Below, piece by piece: positions 1-9,988 of a stretch of 64,000 nt of DNA; positions within the stretch are counted from its first letter, which is position 1, and every line of letters starts with the position of its first letter. The position numbers were made by a program, and so were the translations under genes. The stretch is taken from NCBI GenBank assembly GCA_031418215.1, contig JANOXC010000103.1:47323-111322 (forward strand), given 5' to 3'. This stretch comes from Bacteroidota bacterium (GTDB lineage Bacteria > Bacteroidota > Bacteroidia > AKYH767-A > OLB10). The notes below the pieces were generated by a model. The model saw only the letters and a list, made by a program, of their open reading frames with translations, ran no database searches and was not told the origin of the DNA.

Positions 1-477
1 ATTCATTTCGCCTCTGCAATGACTTTGTTAGGTTATTCTGATGGCACCAATCATACTACAGGAGCCAGTTATTTTAACATAGCCGAATTTATTATAAAAA
101 ATGGGAGTAACGTAAATGAAGACCTGGAAGAATTATGGCGTAGAATTGTTTTTTATGTCTTGGTAAAAAACACAGATGATCATTTAAGAAATCATGGCTT
201 TCTATTAACCTCTACAGGATGGAAATTATCACCGGCTTATGATGTCAATCCTGTTGAATATGGCACCGGACTTAGTCTGAATATTTCGGAAAAAGACAAT
301 GCACTTGATCTTGAACTGGCATTAAGTGTTTCAGCGTTTTATCGGTTGGATGTTAAAAAAGCAAATACAATAATTGAACAAATTAAATCTTCAGTAAGCA
401 AATGGCGAAGTGTTGCAACTGATATTGGCATTTCACGTCAGGAGCAGGACAGAATGAAAAATGCTTTTGAGAAGTAA
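1..477 (+). CDS. HipA-family Ser/Thr kinase toxin, C-terminal domain only. The gene starts upstream of the window, so this is a partial CDS.
   Basis: The reading frame is open from base 1. The motif 'VLVKNTDDHLRNHGFLL' matches the HipA_C catalytic loop (TDDH.KN). The N-terminal half is missing at the window edge. Confidence 0.7.
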   Translation: MHFASAMTLLGYSDGTNHTTGASYFNIAEFIIKNGSNVNEDLEELWRRIVFYVLVKNTDDHLRNHGFLLTSTGWKLSPAYDVNPVEYGTGLSLNISEKDNALDLELALSVSAFYRLDVKKANTIIEQIKSSVSKWRSVATDIGISRQEQDRMKNAFEK

Positions 478-524
478 TTGTATTCTTAAAGGCCGCAAAT
501 AATTCATTTCCGAATTTAATTCTA

Positions 525-3500
525 CTATTCAGCAATGAGTATACTTTTTTCAAGGATACGATCAAAAACACGAATCGCCTCTTCAACAGTTTGAATAGAG
601 GTAAATGACAAACTAAGTTTGCTCTTCTCCTCCTTCATCTTACACAACCGTGGATTGGCTTGCACAAACTGCAAAACATTTGCAAATCTTGAAGTCTGAA
701 AATATCCGGATTCAGAATTGCTGATAAAGTAACCTTTCAATAATTTATTTTTCAAAATAATTTTCTCAAAACCAATTTCTCGAGCTCGCCAGCGCAGACG
801 AATCGTATGCATTAAATCATAAATTTGCTTTGGAGGAGCACCAAAACGATCGCGGAGATTATTCTCATATGCTTTTAGCTTTTCTTCTGTTTCCAGTTCA
901 TCCAATTCTTTATATAAACTAAGTCGTTCAGAAATACTAGTTACATAATCATCAGGTATGCGCATTTCGAGGTCAGTATCAATTTGACAATCATTGACGA
1001 ATTTCTTTTCTTCCTCCACAGGAAATAAATCCTTGTAGTCTGTTTCTTTTAATTCCTGCAATGCTTCATCTAAAATTTTCTGGTACATTTCATAACCAAT
1101 TTCTGAAATGAAACCGCTTTGTTCGCCGCCCAATAAATTTCCCGCACCGCGAATGTCAAGGTCACGCATGGCGACGCTAAATCCGCTTCCCAGTTCTGCA
1201 TGTTCCTCAATGGCTTTTAGTCGTTGTCTTGCTTCAGGCGTCTGAACCGTAAGCGGTGGTGCCAACAAATAACAAAATGCTTTTTTATTGGAGCGCCCAA
1301 CCCGTCCACGCATTTGATGCAAATCACTTAGTCCGAAATTTTGCGCATTGTTGATGATGATGGTATTGGCATTGCTGATATCCAATCCCGATTCAACGAT
1401 TGTTGTGGAAACGAGGACATCATTATCACCTTCAATAAAATTCATTAAAACATTTTCCAATTGATCTCCATCCATTTGTCCATGCCCAACTTCTACCCTC
1501 ACTCCCGGACACAACTTCTGTATCATTACAGCAATGTCATGAATATCGCCAATCCTGTTATGAATGAAAAACACCTGTCCGCCACGCGACACTTCATAAA
1601 GAATTGCTTCTTGAATTAACTTATCATTAAACACATGCACTTCAGTATTCACCGGAAAACGATTTGGTGGCGGTGTATTAATAACTGACAAATCTCTTGC
1701 TCCCATCAATGAGAATTGTAGCGTTCGGGGAATGGGTGTTGCTGTTAATGTTAATGTATCAACATTGATACGCACTGCTTTTATTTTTTCCTTTGCTGCT
1801 ACCCCAAACTTTTGTTCTTCATCAATAATAAACAATCCCAAATCTTTAAATACAATGTCTTTGCTTAATAAGCGATGGGTACCTATCACAATATCAACTT
1901 TACCTGATTTCAATTTTTCAATGGTTTCCTTTTGCTGTGCGGCGGTTTTAAATCTACTGATATAATCAATGGTACAAGGGAAGTTTTTTAAACGTTCGGT
2001 AAATGTTCTGTAGTGTTGTGTTGCAAGAATTGTAGTAGGGACTAAAATAGCCACCTGCTTGCCATCGGCAACAGCTTTGAATGCAGCACGAACCGCTATC
2101 TCTGTTTTTCCAAATCCCACATCGCCACAAATCAAACGATCCATGGGAAACTCGCGCTCCATATCTTTCTTTACATCAACAGTTGATTTCACCTGGTCAG
2201 GTGTATCTTCATAAATGAAAGATGCTTCCAGTTCCGTTTGCATGTAGGTGTCTTTTGTAAATGCAAACCCTTTTTGCGCACGACGCTTTGCATATAAGGC
2301 AATTAGATCTTTTGCAATATCCTTAACACGCTTCTTCGTCTTTTGTTTTAATGTCGCCCAGGTTGTTGAACCAAGTTTATTCAACACAGGAGCAGCTCCT
2401 TCTTTACCGGTATATCTTGCAATACGGTGCAAAGAGTGTATACTGATATATAAAATGTCGTGATCCTTATAAACCAAACGGATGGCTTCCTGAGGTTTTC
2501 CACTAACGTCAATTGTTTCCAATCCCGCAAACCGTCCTACACCATGATCAATATGAGTAATAAAATCACCTGGTTTTAAACTGTATAATTCCTTTAATGT
2601 AATGGCTTCAGTCCTGCTGTAATTTTTTCTTAGCCTGAAACGATGATATCGATCGAACACCTGGTGATCGGTGTAACAAGCAAACTTTAAATCATGATCT
2701 ATAAACCCTTCATGAATTGCTACATTGAGTGGAAAAAAACTCAATGCTTGACCTTCAAACTCAGCAGGCTTTTTTATGTCTTCCAAAATAGCATAAATAC
2801 GCTCCGTTTGCTTCGGCGAATCAGAAAATATAATACTGGAATATTTTTGCTGTTGATTTTTATAAAATTGTTGTACCAGCAGATCAAAATTTTTATTGAA
2901 ATGCTGCGGCATTGTCATGCTAAACACAAAGTTTTCCTCATGTTCGAAATAAGATTTGCCACCGAACTCAATATTTCGATGTGCGCCAATCCGCTCAATG
3001 GTTTGTGCTGCGGTGTCGAACACTTCTGCAATCTTTAATACCACTTGCTGCTCTTCTGAATGATAGGAGTCACCGTATTTATCTGAAATCGTATGGAAGG
3101 CTGTCTTCAAATACTCCACAATATATTCCAGATTCTTCGACCATATTACTGCCGCCTCAGGTATAAAATCAAAAAACGATTGATGCTCTTCTCTAACCAA
3201 TCCCCTTTGGACATTTGGAATTACCGTCACAAAATGCATGATAGTTTCCGATAATTGTGTGGAAGGATCAAAGGTGCGGATGGATTCTATTTTGTCGCCA
3301 TTTAACTCAATTCGAAAAGGCAATTCATGAGCGAAGGAATATATATCGATGATACCACCACGTATGGCAAACTGTCCGGGTTCATAAACAAAATCATTGC
3401 GGTCGAATTCATTCTCTACCAAAAATTCCAACATAAAATCAACTGACAATGACTGGCCAACACGTGCCTCCATTGTGTTTCTTTCTAATGTCCGTTTTGT

Positions 3501-3902
3501 GACAACTTTCTCAATGATAGCTTCGGCATAAGTCACAATCATAAAGTTGCCGCTCCCTTTGGAAATCCTTGTCAACACTTCTGCTCGTTGTAACACCTGG
3601 TTGTTATCCAATTCATCAAGGTTAAATGGCTTACGGTAAGAAGCAGGATAATACAAGACCTTATTCTCGCCCAACAAATTTTCAAGGTTATTTTGGAAGT
3701 AAGCCGCTTCTTCCCTGTCGCCCAATATATATACAGCAGGATGCGGCATAGCCAACTGCAATGCAGCAGCAACCACAGCATCTGCTGATCCAACAAGGCC
3801 TTCGAGTTGAAGCTTGTTTTTGCCAGGGGATGAAATGGCTTTTGCCAGGAACCGCACATTGGGGGACTCCTGGTACTTGTTTAATAACTCTAGTATCGTC
3901 AT
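525..3902 (-). CDS. mfd: transcription-repair coupling factor Mfd
   Basis: 1125 aa. It has a UvrB-homology N-terminus and a DEAD/DEAH helicase core (GDVGFGKTE, DEEQKFGV, GRVGRS). The TRCF C-terminal domain is present. Confidence 0.95.
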   Translation of the reverse strand: MTILELLNKYQESPNVRFLAKAISSPGKNKLQLEGLVGSADAVVAAALQLAMPHPAVYILGDREEAAYFQNNLENLLGENKVLYYPASYRKPFNLDELDNNQVLQRAEVLTRISKGSGNFMIVTYAEAIIEKVVTKRTLERNTMEARVGQSLSVDFMLEFLVENEFDRNDFVYEPGQFAIRGGIIDIYSFAHELPFRIELNGDKIESIRTFDPSTQLSETIMHFVTVIPNVQRGLVREEHQSFFDFIPEAAVIWSKNLEYIVEYLKTAFHTISDKYGDSYHSEEQQVVLKIAEVFDTAAQTIERIGAHRNIEFGGKSYFEHEENFVFSMTMPQHFNKNFDLLVQQFYKNQQQKYSSIIFSDSPKQTERIYAILEDIKKPAEFEGQALSFFPLNVAIHEGFIDHDLKFACYTDHQVFDRYHRFRLRKNYSRTEAITLKELYSLKPGDFITHIDHGVGRFAGLETIDVSGKPQEAIRLVYKDHDILYISIHSLHRIARYTGKEGAAPVLNKLGSTTWATLKQKTKKRVKDIAKDLIALYAKRRAQKGFAFTKDTYMQTELEASFIYEDTPDQVKSTVDVKKDMEREFPMDRLICGDVGFGKTEIAVRAAFKAVADGKQVAILVPTTILATQHYRTFTERLKNFPCTIDYISRFKTAAQQKETIEKLKSGKVDIVIGTHRLLSKDIVFKDLGLFIIDEEQKFGVAAKEKIKAVRINVDTLTLTATPIPRTLQFSLMGARDLSVINTPPPNRFPVNTEVHVFNDKLIQEAILYEVSRGGQVFFIHNRIGDIHDIAVMIQKLCPGVRVEVGHGQMDGDQLENVLMNFIEGDNDVLVSTTIVESGLDISNANTIIINNAQNFGLSDLHQMRGRVGRSNKKAFCYLLAPPLTVQTPEARQRLKAIEEHAELGSGFSVAMRDLDIRGAGNLLGGEQSGFISEIGYEMYQKILDEALQELKETDYKDLFPVEEEKKFVNDCQIDTDLEMRIPDDYVTSISERLSLYKELDELETEEKLKAYENNLRDRFGAPPKQIYDLMHTIRLRWRAREIGFEKIILKNKLLKGYFISNSESGYFQTSRFANVLQFVQANPRLCKMKEEKSKLSLSFTSIQTVEEAIRVFDRILEKSILIAE

Positions 3903-4151
3903 TTACTAACTTGCTGTAAAGGTACTGTTTTGGTGATTAAATGATGATGAGATTAGGTGATTAAGTACAATTTATCAATTAGCTATTCTGAAAATAATTG
4001 ATTTTATTTGAAACATAATTATTAAAAGAAAACAGAACCAATTAACAATTACCCAATGACCATTAACATTTAACGGTTTTCGGGTTTAAGAAGTGGCGGA
4101 TTTAGAAGCACGAAATGTCAACCTACCACAACTTTTATTAGCAGCAGTAAG

Positions 4152-4835
4152 TTATTTTTCTGCAATTCCATAAGCAATATATTTCCAATTGTCTGGACAT
4201 ACTTTATTTAAAATTAATTCGTCAATTGTTGAAAGCAAATTTCTCTGACTTTCATTTCTTCCAAATGTTCCAAGAACACCAGTAGTTTTTATGCTGTAGG
4301 TTGAAAAGTCTTTAAGGAATTCTTTCATTTCATTTATAGACACATATCTCCAAGAACTTCCCCAGTTAACAAATCGTTTTCTCAGTCGTTGGTGAAAGGG
4401 AGAAGCAATTAGGTTTTCTGCAAACAAAAGTTTTCCTCCTGGTTTCAAGGCTTTATAAATTTTTTTGAAAACCTTTTGTTGAATTTCATAATTGTTGTTC
4501 CTGCCAATTCCACCAATAATTGATTTGAATACGATAATGTCAAAATAATTTTCATAGGGAATACTACTTGCGTCAATGTCTTGGTATTTTACAAGCGAAG
4601 AAACATTGTGTCGCAAGTGAAGTTGTTCCGCGGTTTTTTTAACATCATTCAGGTCAGAGCAAACTATTGTCTTACCTTTCAAGGCAAGCCAAAGAGAAAG
4701 TCCGCCTTCTCGTCCACCAAGCTCAAGTCCGTTTTGAATTTTGTCCCATTCAATATTTCTGTCCCAATATGAAAGTGCTTTTGACCACGATTTTATGTCC
4801 CATTGGATAATGTCTTTCGTCAATTCTTTTGTCAT
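4152..4835 (-). CDS. class I SAM-dependent methyltransferase
   Basis: It has a Rossmann MTase fold: LELGGREGGLSLWLA (glycine-rich motif I) and an acidic motif II (CSDLND). The start was moved to the internal Met (MTKELT) to remove the out-of-frame overlap with the upstream OMP gene. Confidence 0.55.
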   Translation of the reverse strand: MTKELTKDIIQWDIKSWSKALSYWDRNIEWDKIQNGLELGGREGGLSLWLALKGKTIVCSDLNDVKKTAEQLHLRHNVSSLVKYQDIDASSIPYENYFDIIVFKSIIGGIGRNNNYEIQQKVFKKIYKALKPGGKLLFAENLIASPFHQRLRKRFVNWGSSWRYVSINEMKEFLKDFSTYSIKTTGVLGTFGRNESQRNLLSTIDELILNKVCPDNWKYIAYGIAEK

Positions 4836-4863
4836 TGTTCGGTCTATAATTATTGCTGGTAAC

Positions 4864-5721
4864 TCAATGATAAGCATCACACTGTTTTTTCTTTTTCTTC
4901 TTTTTGGTGTGTGCAGCGCCTTTCCTAACAGGGGTCCAGAGTAATGATACTCCAATATGCGTGAAACTATCTTTTGTTTTTATATTCCCTCTTTGTTCCC
5001 CATTTTGAGGATAATTACCATCTTTATTATTACTTGCCATTTCCACTGCAACTAGTCCATTTGGTGTCGCAGCCAGTGATGCTGAATCGGCATAGTTACC
5101 GCTAACATCATCTAAATAATCGGTAAATAAAAAATGACGTGCAGCTTCCACTCGCAGGGCTAAAGCCCTGCTCAATGAAAATTCAATTCCTATTCCGGCG
5201 GGAATAGAAAGCTGGTATAACTCATATGGCTTCGGGTAATTTCCTTCCTTTATATATTGTCCTTCTGTTCCTGTGCCTTGCAGGTCAATCCATTTACCAT
5301 CCAGTTTGACTTTTGGTTTGAAATAAAAACCTGCCACACCGGCGAATATATATGGAACCACTTTTCGTTGTCTTCCTTTATGATCTCCCAATAAACGAAA
5401 TCCAATATTGATTCCTACCTCATCAATATCTGTTTGAAAACTTAAATTACGATTTCTCAATGCATATTGAATTGCCAATGAATCTACGCCAACCAACTGA
5501 CCATGCATATAGTTGGCCCAAATATCAAAACGATTTGACAATCTATAGAACACACCGATGTTGCCATATCCCCTGAGCAACTTTTCATGGGTGATTATCC
5601 GATCATTCATTTCGCCGGTGTAATACAAGGCTCCGCCGCCAATCAGCAACCCAAATCTGGATTGTGCAAGAGTAGTATCAATTGTTAAAAATGTAAGAAG
5701 GATTAATATATAAAACCTCAT
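4864..5721 (-). CDS. outer-membrane beta-barrel protein (porin-like, signal peptide). The C-terminus has an unusual oligo-lysine tail.
   Basis: The N-terminal signal is MRFYILILLTFLTIDTTLAQ. It shows the alternating hydrophobic pattern of a barrel. The ORF runs through an A/G homopolymer-rich tract, giving a KKKKKKK tail. Confidence 0.5.
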   Translation of the reverse strand: MRFYILILLTFLTIDTTLAQSRFGLLIGGGALYYTGEMNDRIITHEKLLRGYGNIGVFYRLSNRFDIWANYMHGQLVGVDSLAIQYALRNRNLSFQTDIDEVGINIGFRLLGDHKGRQRKVVPYIFAGVAGFYFKPKVKLDGKWIDLQGTGTEGQYIKEGNYPKPYELYQLSIPAGIGIEFSLSRALALRVEAARHFLFTDYLDDVSGNYADSASLAATPNGLVAVEMASNNKDGNYPQNGEQRGNIKTKDSFTHIGVSLLWTPVRKGAAHTKKKKKKKQCDAYH

Positions 5722-5722
5722 C

Positions 5723-7246
5723 TCAGGCAATAAGATTTTTCCCTGTCATCTCTGCAGGAACAGGAATATCCATTAACGATAAAATTGTTGGTGCAATGTC
5801 TGCGAGCCGCCCATTATTGAAATGTGTAACCTTTGCATCCTCTATCAAAATACAAGGAACAGGGTTGGTAGTATGTGCAGTATTGGGTGAGCCATCGGGA
5901 TTAATCATCATATCAGCATTCCCGTGATCAGCGATGATGATAAAGGAATAACCATTGGCACTTCCTGCTTCAACTACTTCCTTTAAACAGCGGTCTACGG
6001 TTTCAACTGCTTTAACTGCAGCAGCAAAAACGCCGGTATGTCCAACCATATCAGCATTGGCAAAATTAAGGCAAACAAAATCCGCTTCTCCTTTTTTCAA
6101 TTCTGCAACAATAGCATCTTTAACGGCAATGGCACTCATCTCGGGTTGCAAGTCATAGGTGGCAACCTTCGGAGAAGGAATCATGATACGTTGCTCACCA
6201 TTAAAAGGCAACTCTCTTCCACCTGAAAAGAAAAAGGTAACGTGCGGATATTTTTCTGTTTCTGCAATACGAATCTGTTTTTTACCAGCTTTCTCCAACA
6301 CTTCTCCTATTGTCATGCTGAGATTTTGCTTTTCATAAATTGTTTCTACGTTTTTATACGACTCCTCATAACGTGTCATAGTAACATAATGCAAATCCAA
6401 TTTCTTCATTCCCTGTTCCGGCATATCATTTTGGGTAAGCACTTGTGTTAGTTCACGCAAACGATCTGTACGAAAATTAAAACAAATGACAGTATCACCA
6501 TCTTTAATTTTCGCAAGCGGGTGACCGTGACTATCTGTTACAATTATTGGTTTAATAAATTCATCCGTCACATTGTTTGCATACGATTCCTCCACCCCAT
6601 TTCGCCAGTCTTCCAACTTCTCTCCAACTCCATTTACCATTGCATCATAAGCAATCTTCACCCGTTCCCAACGTTTGTCTCTATCCATTCCAAAATATCT
6701 TCCAGTTACTGTTGCAATTTTTCCAGTTGTTTTGTGAAGATGTAATTCCAAATCATGTAAAAAACCTAGTCCACTTTTAGGATCAGTATCCCGTCCGTCA
6801 GTCAATGCATGGATATATATTTTCTTCAACCCATAATCATTAGCAATGGTACACAGATGTTCAAGATGTTTTATATGAGAATGAACACCACCATCAGACA
6901 CTAAACCAATAAAATGCATTGCCACATCATTCTTCATTGCATATTCCATGGCATTTATCAATACGGGCATCTTGTCCAAGGTTCGCTCTCGTACTGCTTT
7001 GTTAATGCTTGCCAACTCCTGGTATACCACTCGTCCTGCACCAATATTTAAATGGCCCACTTCTGAATTTCCCATCTGTCCTTCAGGTAATCCAACATCT
7101 TCTCCGCTTGTTACCAATGTTGAATGCGGACGGTCAGCCATCAGCTGATCCATGAATGGAGTTTTTGCTTTCGCAATGGCATTGGCCTTTGTATCAGGAG
7201 CAAGGCCCCAGCCGTCGAGGATGATTAGTGCTACTTTTTTTGACAT
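5723..7246 (-). CDS. gpmI: 2,3-bisphosphoglycerate-independent phosphoglycerate mutase
   Basis: 507 aa. The N-terminus ALIILDGWG, with the catalytic Ser in the NSEVGH motif, is typical of iPGM. Confidence 0.95.
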   Translation of the reverse strand: MSKKVALIILDGWGLAPDTKANAIAKAKTPFMDQLMADRPHSTLVTSGEDVGLPEGQMGNSEVGHLNIGAGRVVYQELASINKAVRERTLDKMPVLINAMEYAMKNDVAMHFIGLVSDGGVHSHIKHLEHLCTIANDYGLKKIYIHALTDGRDTDPKSGLGFLHDLELHLHKTTGKIATVTGRYFGMDRDKRWERVKIAYDAMVNGVGEKLEDWRNGVEESYANNVTDEFIKPIIVTDSHGHPLAKIKDGDTVICFNFRTDRLRELTQVLTQNDMPEQGMKKLDLHYVTMTRYEESYKNVETIYEKQNLSMTIGEVLEKAGKKQIRIAETEKYPHVTFFFSGGRELPFNGEQRIMIPSPKVATYDLQPEMSAIAVKDAIVAELKKGEADFVCLNFANADMVGHTGVFAAAVKAVETVDRCLKEVVEAGSANGYSFIIIADHGNADMMINPDGSPNTAHTTNPVPCILIEDAKVTHFNNGRLADIAPTILSLMDIPVPAEMTGKNLIA

Positions 7247-7459
7247 TGTTTAGGTGACTTGGTTAGGAGGCTTGGAGGCTAGGGGGCTAAGATGCTAGGA
7301 GGCGAGGAGGTTACGAGGCTAGGGGGCTAGGAAGTGTTTAGGTAAAAAAATAAATTGGAGATTGCTATAATCGTTAAATTTAACATTTAATTTCTTCGCC
7401 TCTTTGCTTCTTCGCCTTTTCGCTTTTCACCACTTAGCTTCTTCTCGTTTCGCTATCTT
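7247..7459. repeat. low-complexity intergenic region: degenerate GA/CT-rich short tandem repeats (GGAGGCT/AGGGGGCTA units at 7260-7335; CTTCGCC/TTTCGC units at 7395-7459) flanking an AT-rich core
   Basis: Repeats are seen directly in the sequence. The region lies between the tyrS stop and the gpmI start, on the coding (minus) strand. Confidence 0.6.
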
Positions 7460-8737
7460 CTATTCCACTTTTAGTAAATAATAATTCTTCTTCCCTTTCT
7501 GCACCAATATATATTTTCCTTTTAATAATTGTTCTGAATTAATTTGTTGCTGGGGATCATCAATTTTTGACTTGTTGATGCTTACGCCGCCACCCTGTAT
7601 CATTTTTCTTGCTTCGCCCTTGGAGGGAAATACCTGTGTGTTTACAGATAATAAATCTACCAATGAAATTCCATTGCTGAGTTCTATTTTTGACAATGAC
7701 ATTTGAGGAACTCCTTCCATCACATTCAGCAATAGTTTTTCATCCAAGTTCAACAATGCTTCTGCAGTATCGTTGCCAAATAAAATCCCTGATGCTTCTA
7801 CTGCTGTATGATAATCATCTGCAGAATGAACACGCATCGATATATCTTTTGCCAATGCCTTTTGCAATATGCGTTTCTCAGGAGCAGCGAAATGTTGTAC
7901 TTCCAATTCTGCAATTTCCTCTTTGGTTAACAAAGTAAAAATCCTGATGTACTTTTTTACGTCTTCATCACTTGCATTCAACCAAAACTGGTAGAAATGA
8001 TATGGAGAAGTTTTAGCCGGATCGAGCCATACATTGCCTGCTTCCGTTTTACCAAACTTGCTTCCATCAGCCTTAGTAATCAACGGCGTAGTTAATGCAA
8101 ATGCTTCACCATTGTCTTTACGACGAATCAATTCTGTCCCCGTTACAATATTTCCCCACTGATCGCTGCCTCCCATCTGCAGCTTCACACCCTGGTGTTT
8201 CCATAAGTAATAGAAATCGTATCCTTGCACCAGCTGGTATGCAAATTCAGTGAAGGATAATCCAGACTCTAATCTTTTCTGAACAGAATCCTTAGAGAGC
8301 ATGTAGCTGATGGTAATATGTTTCCCTACATCACGGATAAAATCAAGAAATGAAAAATCTTTGAACCAATCATAGTTATTTACTATTTCAGCAGATTGTT
8401 CGCCTTTATCGAAATCCAAAAATTTCTCCAGCTGTTTACGTTGACATTGCAAATTATGTTGAAGTATGTCATCATTCAATAAATTTCGTTCCTGGCTCTT
8501 CCCGGATGGGTCGCCCACCATTCCTGTAGCTCCGCCAATCAAAGCAATGGGTGTATGCCCGGCGCGCTGAAAATGCAAGAGGATCATTATTTGTACAAGG
8601 TTCCCAACGCCTAATGAATCAGCAGTAGGATCAAATCCAATGTATCCTTTTACCCTTTCCTTTTTAAGGAGTTCTTCGGTGCCGGGCATCACATCATTTA
8701 ACATTCCACGCCACCGAAGTTCTTCAACAAAACTCAT
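7460..8737 (-). CDS. tyrS: tyrosine--tRNA ligase
   Basis: 425 aa. It has a class I aaRS fold with a KFGKT (KMSKS-like) motif and a C-terminal S4-like domain. Confidence 0.9.
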   Translation of the reverse strand: MSFVEELRWRGMLNDVMPGTEELLKKERVKGYIGFDPTADSLGVGNLVQIMILLHFQRAGHTPIALIGGATGMVGDPSGKSQERNLLNDDILQHNLQCQRKQLEKFLDFDKGEQSAEIVNNYDWFKDFSFLDFIRDVGKHITISYMLSKDSVQKRLESGLSFTEFAYQLVQGYDFYYLWKHQGVKLQMGGSDQWGNIVTGTELIRRKDNGEAFALTTPLITKADGSKFGKTEAGNVWLDPAKTSPYHFYQFWLNASDEDVKKYIRIFTLLTKEEIAELEVQHFAAPEKRILQKALAKDISMRVHSADDYHTAVEASGILFGNDTAEALLNLDEKLLLNVMEGVPQMSLSKIELSNGISLVDLLSVNTQVFPSKGEARKMIQGGGVSINKSKIDDPQQQINSEQLLKGKYILVQKGKKNYYLLKVE

Positions 8738-8894
8738 AATATAAATTTTGTTGCAAAGATAGCGTTCCGGCGAATCTATGAGATAAGAACTATGCCCAAA
8801 TTAAGGCATGAAACCTTTGGAATAGTTTATATCAGGCCGGCATCGCGTTTACATAAGCTTTTTAGATGCGTTCTAATTAATTATCATTGCCTCC

Positions 8895-9896
8895 ATGATT
8901 TTTGTAACAGGAGGAACAGGTTTGGTGGGAGCACAGTTACTCTTTGATTTGGCCTCATCCGGTTTGGAAGTTACAGCTATGCATCGGCCTACCAGCGATT
9001 TCAGTGTTTATAACCACCTCTTTGCTAATAATAGTGCATTGAAAGACAGAATTTCCTGGATTGAAGGAGATGTGAATTCCCTAGAATCGCTCAATAGGTT
9101 CATCACTACTTCTGCCGATGTCTATCACTGTGCGGGGATGATTTCATTTGATCCGAATGATCGTGAGTTATTGTACCATGTGAATATTGAAGGTACAGCT
9201 GATCTTGTAAATGTTTGTCTTGAAAAACAAATAAGAAAGCTCGTTTATGTCAGTTCTGTTGGAACCTTAGGTCGTAATTCGGCAACTACCTCAACCATCA
9301 ATGAAAACAGTCATTGGCAAACATCAAATGAAAACAGTGACTATGCCATTAGTAAATATGGTGCCGAAAGAGAAGTATGGCGGGGAATTGCGGAAGGATT
9401 GAATGCTGTGATTGTAAATCCTTCTGTCATTATAGGTGCCGGAAACTGGGGCAGCGGAAGCAGCAAACTCATCAAACAGGTTTGGGATGGATTACGATTT
9501 TATACCAATGGTGTCTCCGGTTTTATAGATGTTAAAGATGTAACAACCATCATGATTCAATTGATGGGCAATTCTGTTACAGCTGAACGTTTTATCCTAT
9601 CATCAGAAAATATTTCTTTCAAAACATTTTTTGAAATTGCAGCCGAAGCATTGAATAAAAAACCACCATCCATTTATGCTTCACCCTGGATGGGGGAGCT
9701 GGCATGGCGAATGGAGTCGCTCCGTAATATTTTACTTCATCACAAGCCGCTTATTACGAAATATACAGCTATCAATGCACATAAAATTTATCGTTATGAA
9801 GCCGGAAAGATTAAGCAACTACTGAATTACGATTTTGTTCCGGTAGCAGATACAATCAAAAATGCCTGTAACGAATTCTTACTTCAGCGTCCCTGA
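8895..9896 (+). CDS. NAD-dependent epimerase/dehydratase family protein
   Basis: The N-terminal GGTGLVG Rossmann motif is present. The protein is 333 aa. Confidence 0.8.
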   Translation: MIFVTGGTGLVGAQLLFDLASSGLEVTAMHRPTSDFSVYNHLFANNSALKDRISWIEGDVNSLESLNRFITTSADVYHCAGMISFDPNDRELLYHVNIEGTADLVNVCLEKQIRKLVYVSSVGTLGRNSATTSTINENSHWQTSNENSDYAISKYGAEREVWRGIAEGLNAVIVNPSVIIGAGNWGSGSSKLIKQVWDGLRFYTNGVSGFIDVKDVTTIMIQLMGNSVTAERFILSSENISFKTFFEIAAEALNKKPPSIYASPWMGELAWRMESLRNILLHHKPLITKYTAINAHKIYRYEAGKIKQLLNYDFVPVADTIKNACNEFLLQRP

Positions 9897-9985
9897 AAAA
9901 GGAGACACTGAAGGGACAATAATTAATGGAGCTTGCAAGGAGTTTTTACTTCAGCGTCCCCGAAATGGGAGACGCTGAAGGGACG
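9874..9985. terminator. two tandem copies of an approximately 45-bp segment, each containing a 10-bp-stem hairpin (CTTCAGCGTC...GACGCTGAAG). They lie between convergent genes and likely act as bidirectional terminators.
   Basis: Copy 1 (9874-9917) overlaps the last 8 codons of the epimerase gene. Copy 2 (9940-9985) is a near-identical duplication; its stem is perfect. The copy-1 stem has a single mismatch. Confidence 0.55.
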
Positions 9986-9988
9986 TCG

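Noticed and set aside
1732-1965. Many 60-110-aa ORFs antisense or out of frame inside long genes (e.g. 1732-1965, 2694-3038, 16685-16867, 31609-32075, 58243-58452)
   Set aside because: They are fully embedded in strongly supported long CDSs (mfd, adhesins, lptB) and have low-complexity translations. These are typical spurious six-frame ORFs.
4152-4955. Long version of the methyltransferase ORF starting at MEYHYSG
   Set aside because: It would overlap the upstream OMP gene by about 90 nt in another frame. The internal Met gives a clean junction.
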